Assembly: GCA_937967535.1 (NCBI GenBank)
Contig: CALCMV010000157.1
Location: 1 to 39,164, forward strand
Length of the DNA stretch: 39,164 bases
Direction: 5' to 3'
From: an uncultured Saprospiraceae bacterium
GTDB lineage: Bacteria; Bacteroidota; Bacteroidia; Chitinophagales; Saprospiraceae
A program made the position numbers and the translations under genes. The notes beneath the pieces were generated by a model. That model saw only the letters and a program-made list of their open reading frames with translations. It did not search any database and was not told where the DNA came from. Each line of letters opens with the position of its first letter. The stretch's first letter is position 1. Of this stretch, positions 1 through 8,520 are shown in pieces.

Positions 1-966
1 GGGATTGGTACGAGTCAGATTGAGCAAGTCATGGCTACGCAATGCCTCATTCAACCCAAACCAAAAACGATGCGGATTACGGTGGATGGCGACTTGCAAA
101 ATGGCGTATTGTCGAAAGATATTATTTTGTATATCATTTCAAAATTGACGACAAGCGGCGGTACGGGGTATTTTGTGGAATACACAGGTAGTGCGATTCG
201 TAGCCTTTCGATGGAAGCACGAATGACGATTTGTAATATGAGTATCGAAATGGGCGCACGCGGTGGCATTATCGCTCCCGACGAGGTGACTTTTGAGTAT
301 ATTAAAGGTAGAAAATTTGCGCCGCAAGGCGCAGAATATGAGGCGGCAGTAAGGCATTGGCGCACGCTGAAAAGTGACGATAATGCCGTTTTTGACAAGG
401 AATATCATTTTAAAGCGGAAGATATAGAGCCTATGTTGACTTACGGTACGAATCCGGGTATGGGCATTGGAATTTCCGAAAATGTACCAACATTAGAGGA
501 GACAGAAAATGCTAAATCGCTGCAAAAGTCACTGAATTACATGGCTTTAGAGGCAGGAGAGAATTTGCTTGGCAAGACGGTGAATTACGTATTCATCGGA
601 AGTTGTACCAATTCGCGGATTGAAGATTTGCGCTTAGTTGCCAATTATGTGAAAGGAAAACGTAAAGCAGATAATGTAAATGTCATGGTCGTACCTGGTT
701 CAAAACAAGTGGAAGCTCAAGCGATACGCGAAGGACTTGACAAGATATTGGAAGCAGCAGGATTTGAGTTACGCGAACCGGGTTGTTCGGCGTGTCTGGG
801 TATGAATGAGGATAAAATTCCGGCAGGAGAATATTGCGTTTCCACCTCAAATCGTAATTTCGAGGGCAGACAAGGACAGGGTGCGAGAACGATATTAGCC
901 AGTCCCCTAACAGCCGCCGCTACCGCAGTGGCAGGGAAAATCGTGGATGTGCGGGCATTGATGTGA
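1..966 (+). CDS. leuC: 3-isopropylmalate dehydratase large subunit (aconitase family), C-terminal ~320 codons; 5' end outside the window
   Basis: Frame 1 is open from base 1 ([10 protein letters not shown] precedes the track Met at 31). The translation carries LeuC/aconitase hallmarks: [22 protein letters not shown] and [12 protein letters not shown]. Stop TGA at 964-966. Confidence 0.93.
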   Translation, partial: GIGTSQIEQVMATQCLIQPKPKTMRITVDGDLQNGVLSKDIILYIISKLTTSGGTGYFVEYTGSAIRSLSMEARMTICNMSIEMGARGGIIAPDEVTFEYIKGRKFAPQGAEYEAAVRHWRTLKSDDNAVFDKEYHFKAEDIEPMLTYGTNPGMGIGISENVPTLEETENAKSLQKSLNYMALEAGENLLGKTVNYVFIGSCTNSRIEDLRLVANYVKGKRKADNVNVMVVPGSKQVEAQAIREGLDKILEAAGFELREPGCSACLGMNEDKIPAGEYCVSTSNRNFEGRQGQGARTILASPLTAAATAVAGKIVDVRALM

Positions 967-978
967 CCTTACGTTTTT

Positions 979-1018
979 CGATTTGTAGAGAAAATTCATG
1001 AATTTTCTCTACAAATCG
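979..1018. repeat. Perfect 40-bp palindrome (19-bp arms around a central AT)
   Basis: CGATTTGTAGAGAAAATTC (979-997) is the exact reverse complement of GAATTTTCTCTACAAATCG (1000-1018). It starts 13 nt after the leuC stop. Confidence 0.9.
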
Positions 1019-1078
1019 TGCAATGATTTTCAACCTACAAATTTGGAATTGTTAAATGTGTTTAGTTATAAGGTGAAT

Positions 1079-1109
1079 GGCAAATCTTTTTTGTCATTTG
1101 CCTTTTTTT
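1079..1109 (+). terminator. Rho-independent terminator candidate downstream of leuC
   Basis: 7-bp stem GGCAAAT (1079-1085) / ATTTGCC (1096-1102), 10-nt loop, then T7 (1103-1109). Confidence 0.55.
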
Positions 1110-1554
1110 ATGGGTTGGTCATCAATATCAATTCAAAATACTCGTTGTTGAGGTGTTCAAAATCTTGGTCGAATGTGATGAGTTGGGCATCGGCGAGGCT
1201 TGCTGTGGCAGCTATCCAGAGGTCGTTTTTGCCCATGTTGCGAGAAGACATTTTGAGGGGCTTATCTTTTAGTTTGCCTTGACTGAAGGCGTCTATTTCG
1301 GCGTATTTCATTACCATAGGCATGTATCGTATATCAACGGTAATGAAATCTTCGAGTGCATCATCTAGTAGTTGATTTCTTCTTTTGCCCCAATTATTTC
1401 TTAGACTCAATGCTTTAAGTTCACCAACACTTACGATAGAAATAAGGTTGGAAACTTCAGGACTCGACATGTTGAATCTTTCCTCAAGCTCTTTTTTAAA
1501 CTCATTATCGCGCAAGAATTTGAGTATAATATTGGTATCGAATAAGTAGGTCAT
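1108..1554 (-). CDS. PIN-domain ribonuclease, VapC-like toxin candidate
   Basis: 148 aa. The acidic residues are spaced as in PIN domains: LFDTN near the N terminus, SVGELK, NDLWIAATA and ITFDQDF. It starts 9 nt after the stop of the small upstream ORF. Confidence 0.82.
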   Translation of the reverse strand: MTYLFDTNIILKFLRDNEFKKELEERFNMSSPEVSNLISIVSVGELKALSLRNNWGKRRNQLLDDALEDFITVDIRYMPMVMKYAEIDAFSQGKLKDKPLKMSSRNMGKNDLWIAATASLADAQLITFDQDFEHLNNEYFELILMTNP

Positions 1555-1563
1555 TTCTATGTT

Positions 1564-1854
1564 TTAATCAAGCATCGCCAGTAACTCCTCTGTTGTTTGT
1601 GGAATGTCTAATTCGGCTGTTATTCTTTTCATTTTCTCCATATCAATCCCCGTATAATTTTGCTCCCTTGCCAGTTTTTCTAAGTCAAATTCTTCTTCGA
1701 CGTGCGTAAGATATTTGAGTACATCCTCGCCTTCGGGCAGTTCGGCTAAAGGTCCGAGTACTTTTGCGCTAATCTCATCTATGGTAGCCTCATCGTCCAC
1801 AGCATTGATGTAATTGATGATGCGCTCTTTTTTTGCTTTTAAATTTATTGTCAT
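1564..1854 (-). CDS. Small acidic protein, putative cognate antitoxin of the PIN protein
   Basis: 96 aa and strongly acidic. It lies immediately upstream of the PIN gene on the same strand (9-nt gap), the classic type II TA layout. I recognised no DNA-binding motif. Confidence 0.55.
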   Translation of the reverse strand: MTINLKAKKERIINYINAVDDEATIDEISAKVLGPLAELPEGEDVLKYLTHVEEEFDLEKLAREQNYTGIDMEKMKRITAELDIPQTTEELLAMLD

Positions 1855-1968
1855 ATTTAGTTGATTTTGAATAATACTCCTAACTTGTTTTTCATTCTTC
1901 TGCTAAAATAGGGTATTTTGATATGAAAAACAAATTAGGAGTGGGCGTGATATGGACAGAATTATTTA

Positions 1969-2361
1969 TCAGGGGGACGTTCCACAACTGTAATATCTCT
2001 TTGATGGAAGTGTAACATAGGTTGTTCCACAATCACAGACCTCAAATGAGACAGTTCCACCTTTGGGCTTTCTGGGACCTATTTCTTTGTATCGATACTC
2101 ATGACTTCCTGAAGGAGTTTCAATAACTGGAATTGAGCTTCTTGCTTCAATGTATTGTTCAGCATTATACTGCATATACAACATTAAATTATTTTTGTTT
2201 ATATTTTCAAAAATCACAGTGCCATAGTGATACCTCGCACATGGAGGCTTTGGTGGGTTTTTTACAGGAGGTTTTTGCACAGGAGCCCGTTGATTACATC
2301 CACTAATTATTATCAATAAGAAAAATAAAATTTGCCCCAAAAAACAATTGATTATTTTCAT
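1969..2361 (-). CDS. Small lipoprotein, unknown function
   Basis: I prefer the internal Met at 2359-2361. This gives MKIINCFLGQILFFLLIIISGC, a signal peptide with a lipobox cysteine, followed by a P/K-rich linker. Confidence 0.68.
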   Translation of the reverse strand: MKIINCFLGQILFFLLIIISGCNQRAPVQKPPVKNPPKPPCARYHYGTVIFENINKNNLMLYMQYNAEQYIEARSSIPVIETPSGSHEYRYKEIGPRKPKGGTVSFEVCDCGTTYVTLPSKRYYSCGTSP

Positions 2362-2472
2362 GTTATGATTTTCTGAATTAAAAAAAATGAGGAACAAGCC
2401 CAAAGCCCTTTCGGACTCGCCCCTCTAAACTATACAAAACATTCAATTGGAGTTTGTTTTACATCTTGATTG

Positions 2473-2988
2473 TCAACGAAACGAGTAACCAAAGGAAATC
2501 CCCGGAAGCGGAATAAAGAACGCTTCATTTTCCTGTTCCGGTCTTTTGATATTTCCTACGAAAGTGGCTAAACCTGCACGTATATTGAGTCCTCTGTCTT
2601 CGGGTTGGTATCGGAAGCCGAAAAACATATTTCCTGCGAGTCGCGGCTCGTTGTCAAATTTGTCGATGATGCCTATTCTACCATAGGTCATGCCCATGCC
2701 GAGTTCGAAGTACTTACCGTTGCGTCCTTGCAGATAATTCAATCCGACAGGAAAGGTGTAACCTTGAAATTGACCAAGATTGGCATAACCAAGTCCTACC
2801 CGAAATCCCGGACCATCTGCCGACTCGGTGAATCGCATATCGTAATTGAAAGTGACAAGTCCGCCCTGACCGAGTATTTCCATGTAGGTGGCAAATTGGG
2901 GAGTCGGGCGGTCTATATCTTGAGCGGATGTTGGAGTATACAGGGCGCATATCAGAGTTAGTGTGATTACAGTGATTATTTTTTTCAT
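2473..2988 (-). CDS. Small outer-membrane beta-barrel-like protein
   Basis: Start at the Met at 2986-2988 gives MKKIITVITLTLICALYTPTSAQ, a signal peptide. The rest alternates G/aromatic-rich strands (GFRVGLGY, FELGMGMTYG, FFGFRY) and has an aromatic-rich C terminus (ISFGYSFR). Confidence 0.62.
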   Translation of the reverse strand: MKKIITVITLTLICALYTPTSAQDIDRPTPQFATYMEILGQGGLVTFNYDMRFTESADGPGFRVGLGYANLGQFQGYTFPVGLNYLQGRNGKYFELGMGMTYGRIGIIDKFDNEPRLAGNMFFGFRYQPEDRGLNIRAGLATFVGNIKRPEQENEAFFIPLPGISFGYSFR

Positions 2989-3089
2989 GTGTTGATGTTT
3001 AGATTGTTTTGTTATCAGCATATTTTTTATTCAAAATAAAACTGGTATGGAGATATTTTGTGGTATTTAGAAACATCTAAATTAATTTG

Positions 3090-3539
3090 TCACCCAGCAG
3101 CAACTACTATAACAATGGCGATAATCAAACATAAAAACCCCAAAAGAGAAGACTTTAGAGCATTCCCACCAAATAAAATCGCAAGTAAAACTCCAATAGG
3201 ACCAAGAAAGAAACCGAGCATAAATCCACCTACATTAAAATTATTAGTGGCATTTTCGTACTCTGTTTTGGCATTAAAAAATGTTCCTTTTTTGATATTC
3301 TTTTTGATTTTACGCTGTGTTAGTTTGAAAACGACTTTATCTTTAAAAGTCAATTTCTTGCCTGTAGTTCTATTAATATCTGCTATACTCAAGCTAAGGA
3401 AATCTTGTATATTACTGACGCCGAATTCTTCTTGGAGGAAGGACTTTTGTGGATTGACAGATTTTATCACTGCCTCACTTTGTAAAGGAAATAAAATTAT
3501 TAGTGCGAATAATCCGATTATAATTTTTGTTTTTTTCAT
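3090..3539 (-). CDS. Exported/membrane protein, unknown function
   Basis: 149 aa. It has an N-terminal signal peptide (MKKTKIIIGLFALIILFPLQSEA), a K-rich middle and two C-terminal hydrophobic helices. The overlapping + strand ORF 3058..3555 is low-complexity and rejected. Confidence 0.68.
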   Translation of the reverse strand: MKKTKIIIGLFALIILFPLQSEAVIKSVNPQKSFLQEEFGVSNIQDFLSLSIADINRTTGKKLTFKDKVVFKLTQRKIKKNIKKGTFFNAKTEYENATNNFNVGGFMLGFFLGPIGVLLAILFGGNALKSSLLGFLCLIIAIVIVVAAG

Positions 3540-3606
3540 AATAATTATTTTTTAATTTGACAGAATATTTCTCATCATATCCAAATAGTATTTACAATCC
3601 AACTGA

Positions 3607-4020
3607 CTATTGTTTAGTAAGTTCTATCGTGCAGTAGGCATTACAAGAGCCTTTTGATGTTTTCAGCATACCGTCACCTCTAAATGCCAAACCGTCTTGA
3701 GTTAATTCCATCTCCATAGAGTTTACTGAACCAACACTATTGAGTCTTACTTTATCATATCCAATGTACCCTCCCTCATAGGCTTTCACACCTGTACTAC
3801 TCCCGACTGCACGCACCGTGACTTGACGATTGATGAAGTTGACATTCCATTGTTCAGTGTAAACGTCTCCCCGTCGTATATTTCTACAATTTGAATTTTG
3901 AGCAGATATTTTTGCTGTCCATGTACCTACTATTGGTGGCGGTGGCGGTGGTGGAATGTCAAAGCAACCTGAAAGAAAGACAACAGAAAAAAGAATAATA
4001 AAAGCTTTGAAAGTATTCAT
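3607..4020 (-). CDS. Small lipoprotein, unknown function
   Basis: Start at the Met at 4018-4020 gives MNTFKAFIILFSVVFLSGC (lipobox), followed by a poly-Pro linker (PPPPPPP). Confidence 0.68.
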   Translation of the reverse strand: MNTFKAFIILFSVVFLSGCFDIPPPPPPPIVGTWTAKISAQNSNCRNIRRGDVYTEQWNVNFINRQVTVRAVGSSTGVKAYEGGYIGYDKVRLNSVGSVNSMEMELTQDGLAFRGDGMLKTSKGSCNAYCTIELTKQ

Positions 4021-4137
4021 AATGTTATTTTTATTTATGATAAAAAAGTTTCGTATTCGCATAGACTTCTCCTGCCTCTCATTGCAGAGAAAGTCCAAAT
4101 TTTTATGATTTATAGAAATCAACTAAGTGGTATGTTG

Positions 4138-4551
4138 TCACTCATTAAGTGGCAGACAAGTTGTATCTTTTGGTGCTTCAGGTAGCTCATCAACAATATT
4201 AAATGGAATAGTATTATTAAACATAGTTCCACTACTTGCCGAATCACTAAATATACTACCCACGAGAAGCACATCAATAATCCACGAAGCCACAATAATA
4301 ATGGTAACGGAAGCGGCTACTCTCCCTGCGAATGTCAACTTTCGTGGTTGCTTCTTCTTTTGTTGGGCTTCAATATTGCAAAGATTGTCCTTAAATCCTG
4401 TATAACGTATGCTTTCGATAATGATGCGATATGCCTCTACTCTATATGCCAAATCGGTATCACTTTTCATCGTTTTTTCAAAAACAATACGGTTATCCGA
4501 TGTCATGTTGTTCTCAAGATATGCTTCAATTTGTTCATCTGTATAATGCAT
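4138..4551 (-). CDS. Single-pass membrane protein, anti-sigma factor candidate
   Basis: 137 aa. It has a helical N-terminal ~55 aa, a K-rich segment, one TM helix (AASVTIIIVASWIIDVLLVG) and a short external tail. It starts 33 nt after the sigma-factor stop on the same strand. No HxxxCxxC zinc motif. Confidence 0.5.
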   Translation of the reverse strand: MHYTDEQIEAYLENNMTSDNRIVFEKTMKSDTDLAYRVEAYRIIIESIRYTGFKDNLCNIEAQQKKKQPRKLTFAGRVAASVTIIIVASWIIDVLLVGSIFSDSASSGTMFNNTIPFNIVDELPEAPKDTTCLPLNE

Positions 4552-4584
4552 CAGTTTAAATTTAAATTCGTTTTCATCTCATCA

Positions 4585-5232
4585 TTATGCTGCGTCTAAT
4601 TGTTTTCCGAGTAAGCCGTATACATAGGATTTGAGTGGTGGATTATCATCAAATCCTTTTTTGAGTTTTTGTAAGGCGCGACATGCAGTAGTTTTTGCAC
4701 TATTGGGAGTCGTTTGTATTTCTTCTGCAATTTCCTTGTAACTCATCTGCCAATAAAATTTATTGATGAGTATTTTGCGTTCTTTCTCACTGATAATTTT
4801 GTCTAAAGAATCACTGACCTCCTCAAGTATCGCTGCCTCGATTTCTCCTTGTCTGTAATCGTCAAGCATAGCAGATAATTCGGGTAGTTGGCACTTGTCC
4901 ATGTAGGTCATAAAGCGTTCTTTTTCAAGTATTTTCAATAATTCGCCTCTACATGCTGTAAACAAATATTTTTCGTAGGCATGAGGTGTCTCCAATTCAA
5001 ACCCTTTTGTTTGGGCACGTCTGAACAACGAGTAACAGGCTCGCACAAAAGCATCATCTCCGTAGCGAGATATGGCTGCATTATTACTAAGATTATGTTT
5101 TACTTTATTCAATACTTTTACCTTCATTTTCATTATGAAATTGAGGGCTTCATTATAGTTTTTAGCATCCTTGGATTGTAATAGGTGATTGATACGTTTG
5201 ATTTTTTGGTGATGAAAATTTATTAATTTCAT
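4585..5232 (-). CDS. Divergent sigma-70 family (ECF-like) RNA polymerase sigma factor
   Basis: 215 aa. The C-terminal region-4 helix-turn-helix is MSYKEIAEEIQTTPNSAKTTACRALQKLKK. A region-2-like segment lies around DDAFVRACYSLF. The N-terminal ~50 aa are atypical. Confidence 0.72.
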   Translation of the reverse strand: MKLINFHHQKIKRINHLLQSKDAKNYNEALNFIMKMKVKVLNKVKHNLSNNAAISRYGDDAFVRACYSLFRRAQTKGFELETPHAYEKYLFTACRGELLKILEKERFMTYMDKCQLPELSAMLDDYRQGEIEAAILEEVSDSLDKIISEKERKILINKFYWQMSYKEIAEEIQTTPNSAKTTACRALQKLKKGFDDNPPLKSYVYGLLGKQLDAA

Positions 5233-5545
5233 AATGCTCCACTTAATGAATAGAAAGACTCAAATACCTTACTTTAATATCTCTAAATGAAGACCAACAT
5301 TTAAAATAGATGGGCTTTACTTAGATATGCCTGATTTTTAGGAAAAGGTTACAGGATGTTCTATTTTTTTATAAAAAAATTATAAACCACTAATTATCAA
5401 TAAGTTGTGTTTTTAGTATGATGAATGCGTTAGATAAATTTACCACATAAATCACATCAAAAAACAAAGAATATATAACAGGTAGGTTTGAGCATGTGAG
5501 AAGCATACTTTCGGGGGTAACTTGTAAAATGAAATATATATAAAC

Positions 5546-6289
5546 TTAGGTAAGACGGCTTAATAATCCCTTTTTGTAATGTCGGGAGACGGGCAGTTTC
5601 TTATCATTGGTCATTTCTACCCAATCGCCATCAGTTTTGATAAATTTATTGATATGATTTAGATTGGCTAAATAACCGTGATGAATACGGTAGAAATGAT
5701 AGCCTTCGAGTAGTTTTTGGACGAACTTGAGTTGACGAGAATAGGTTCTTTTTTCGTTATTGGTAAGGTATACGTGCGTATAATTGCCATCGGCTTCGCA
5801 GTAAATAATGCGCTCTGAGTCAATAAACTCGTGGCTTGATTGGGTAGAGAATGCTATTCTTTTGCGTGAATTTTTGGGGTTCATATTGTGCAATAATGTT
5901 TCGTAATATTGCTGGTGATTGTGTTTTGTCTGATGTTGTTTTATAAAGCGTTGAACGGCTTCGATGAGTTGGGTTTCATCAATCGGTTTGAGCAAATAAT
6001 CAATGGCACTAATTCGCAAAGCTTGTATAGCGTATTGATTGTGGGCAGTTGTAAAAATGACCCCGAAATTAATCTCTCCGATGATTTCGAGCATTTCAAA
6101 ACCATTCATGCCGGGCATATCTATGTCCAGAAAAATAACATCAGGTTGGTGTTTTCGGATACTTTTCGCGCCTTCTATTCCTGAATCGCAAGTGTCCACG
6201 ACTTCTATATCTGTGCAGTGCCGTTTGATTTCATCAAGGAGTATATTGAGTGCATCCTGCTCGTCGTCTATAATGATGGCTTTAAGCAT
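5546..6289 (-). CDS. LytTR-family response regulator
   Basis: I prefer the Met at 6287-6289 (MLKAIIIDDEQ). Receiver motifs are IIIDDE, DVIFLDIDMPGMNG and TAHNQYA. The C-terminal LytTR-type DNA-binding region contains IIYCEADGNYTHVYL. Confidence 0.9.
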   Translation of the reverse strand: MLKAIIIDDEQDALNILLDEIKRHCTDIEVVDTCDSGIEGAKSIRKHQPDVIFLDIDMPGMNGFEMLEIIGEINFGVIFTTAHNQYAIQALRISAIDYLLKPIDETQLIEAVQRFIKQHQTKHNHQQYYETLLHNMNPKNSRKRIAFSTQSSHEFIDSERIIYCEADGNYTHVYLTNNEKRTYSRQLKFVQKLLEGYHFYRIHHGYLANLNHINKFIKTDGDWVEMTNDKKLPVSRHYKKGLLSRLT

Positions 6290-6392
6290 TGGTCGGTGTG
6301 TGATAGTTTGTGTGTGAAGTAAATATATAAAAATTCTAAGCACCAAGTACCAAATTTCAATTCAAATGTATTTCTACATGATATTTGTTTGC

Positions 6393-8336
6393 CTATTGCC
6401 CTGTAAATGTGATTTCTATACGTGTACCTGTGGCTTGCCCTTGTGTGTCTATTTTGTCAATAATATTAACCATAAATACGCCTTCGCCCAGTTTGTTGTA
6501 TTGTTCCATTCGGTTTTGCGTCAACTTCATTCCGAAAGAAATATTTGGGTGGGCTTGTTCGGCTTTTCGTGCTACGGCGAGTTGTCTGCCAATGCCGTTA
6601 TCATCTATGGCACATATTAGTTTTTCCGCTTCGCGGTAAATTTCAATACGAAGCATCTTATCACCCGTTTTCGGATGCAAACCATGATGTATGGCATTTT
6701 CCAAATAAGGCTGGAGAATCAGTGGCGGTATATGTATGGCTTCAAGGTTAATTTCTTTATCTACTATCGTTCTGTACTCAAATGAATCTCCAAATCGCAG
6801 GGCTTCCATTTTCAAATACAAATCACTGATGTCTAACTCTTCATCAAGTGTAATTTGTTCTTTTTCAGAATATTCTAATGTATTTCTTGCTAATTTTGCA
6901 AAATGCTGTATATGTTTTTCAGCCGTATCGTTATCGTTTTTTCTGATTAATCCTTTTATTGAATTAAGGCAATTAAAAATAAAATGCGGATTCAATTGAG
7001 CTCTCATCACCTCAAGGTCTTTGACTATCAAATCCAATTTTTGTTCTGCTGATTCGATTTCCAGTGCATTTCGCTCATCCTGAATCAGGCGCGTTTTATA
7101 ACCCAAAGCAATTGAAAAAAATAAGAACTCAAAGAAACTCACCACACGCATTACCTCATAACTATTATAGTCCAAATTATTCAAAAAGGAAATATAGTCT
7201 ATGAGTATTTGATTAAAAAAAGCCGCAATTGTTCCAAGTGTCAAAATAAGAGAACCTATCAAGAACAGATTAACTAACCTATTACGATTACGGTAGAAAA
7301 TTACAGCTTCAGCAATCATAAAAACCAATAAAACGACTTTCATCCACCGATTGACGTGATAAGCACGTTTAATGGTAAAAATAAGCATCAATACATGAAT
7401 AGCGAGTGCAATACATACGGCAAATATTAACCATTTTACGCATTTATCTACTTGTATTTTAGCTTCCCCTTTGAAGTTACCAAATGCTTGTCCGAATAAT
7501 CCATACGATAAAATCAGTCCATAAGTCAGAAAGGGTTCAAATTTGGAATAATAGACCATAACGCTGCCAAACAAAATATTATAGCCAAAATCTAATTCAA
7601 AACGATGCAAAAAATACAAACTGCCTATCAGCAAATATATCGCATAATACAAATATGCTTTATCCTGATAAAGTGCATATTGCGACAACGTAAACAAAGC
7701 CAAAAAAAAGCCAAGTATGACAAATGCAAATTCAAACTTACCACCAAGTGAGGCGTGCTGCTTAAATATCTCTTTTTCCTTATCGCGTTTTGTTTTGATG
7801 TCAATATAAAGATGTTGACTTTTCCATCCTTTGAATCTGAGGAATAAGTCAACACTATCCTTTGGGGATAATTTAACCGGAAAAACATTATGGGCAGGTT
7901 TGTAAGGACGGTCTTGATAATTATTGTGTTCGCGTGTCTCTCCGTCGTTAGGGACAATACCTTCTTTCACCACATGAAAGTGACAGCTATGCCGTTTATT
8001 TACTTCAAGCATCCAGTCACTTATAGTATCCGTTTCATTGACCATAGAGAAGTGCAACCAAAAAGGGGAATTGTAAGAACTCTTATTCTTATTAAGGGAA
8101 TCTATATGAGACCGCTCAAAGTGATTTTTACGGTTCATAACATCGAATATTCTCTGGTTATCTCCTTTGTCAATCAGAAAGTCAACATGCTTAATAGTTT
8201 TGGCGTGCATCTCATCTTTTTCCCCAAAGGCAGAAGTCAAGCGATATGAAGTTTGAGCAAATAGAAGATTATTCACACATACAAGGCACAGTATGAGCGT
8301 AAGTTTTCGGATGATATGATAACAACGACAACTCAA
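6393..8336 (-). CDS. Sensor histidine kinase, LytS/YehU-type kinase core with an N-terminal extracytoplasmic domain and a multi-TM (7TMR-DISM-like) block
   Basis: 647 aa. In order: a signal-like N terminus, a ~190-aa soluble region, about seven hydrophobic helices, a coiled coil, then LNPHFIFNCLNSI (His_kinase H-box) and ATPase motifs (LENAIHHG, DDNGIG). It lies 103 nt upstream of the LytTR regulator on the same strand. Confidence 0.88.
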   Translation of the reverse strand: MSCRCYHIIRKLTLILCLVCVNNLLFAQTSYRLTSAFGEKDEMHAKTIKHVDFLIDKGDNQRIFDVMNRKNHFERSHIDSLNKNKSSYNSPFWLHFSMVNETDTISDWMLEVNKRHSCHFHVVKEGIVPNDGETREHNNYQDRPYKPAHNVFPVKLSPKDSVDLFLRFKGWKSQHLYIDIKTKRDKEKEIFKQHASLGGKFEFAFVILGFFLALFTLSQYALYQDKAYLYYAIYLLIGSLYFLHRFELDFGYNILFGSVMVYYSKFEPFLTYGLILSYGLFGQAFGNFKGEAKIQVDKCVKWLIFAVCIALAIHVLMLIFTIKRAYHVNRWMKVVLLVFMIAEAVIFYRNRNRLVNLFLIGSLILTLGTIAAFFNQILIDYISFLNNLDYNSYEVMRVVSFFEFLFFSIALGYKTRLIQDERNALEIESAEQKLDLIVKDLEVMRAQLNPHFIFNCLNSIKGLIRKNDNDTAEKHIQHFAKLARNTLEYSEKEQITLDEELDISDLYLKMEALRFGDSFEYRTIVDKEINLEAIHIPPLILQPYLENAIHHGLHPKTGDKMLRIEIYREAEKLICAIDDNGIGRQLAVARKAEQAHPNISFGMKLTQNRMEQYNKLGEGVFMVNIIDKIDTQGQATGTRIEITFTGQ

Positions 8337-8482
8337 ATATAAGTAGTTTCTTCATAAATATTCCAAACGAAGATACAAAATTTATCTAATAAATCATTGA
8401 TATTCTTCGATAAATCTCCCCACAAAAAAAGCGATACAATTACCAAAAGTAACTGCACCGCTATAAATCTTCTAATACGCTA

Positions 8483-8520
8483 AATCGAATCACGACTTAA
8501 CGAATCCACGAATCACGAAC
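8483..8520. repeat. Degenerate tandem word array (ACGAATC / CACGAAT words) abutting the stop of the peptidase gene
   Basis: AATCGAATCACGACTTAACGAATCCACGAATCACGAAC ends exactly at the minus-strand stop codon (8521-8523). Related CACGAAT/ATTCGTG words recur at 10428-10445, 10488-10496 and 18610-18680. Confidence 0.6.

Noticed and set aside
998-1282. 94-codon + strand ORF starting in the centre of the 40-bp palindrome
   Set aside because: It overlaps the 3' end of the PIN gene on the opposite strand and crosses the leuC terminator. Its translation has no motif.
3058-3555. 165-codon + strand ORF overlapping 3090..3539
   Set aside because: The minus-strand product has a proper signal peptide and TM helices and sits in a co-directional gene string. 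The + strand product is a run of low-complexity hydrophobic and K-rich sequence.
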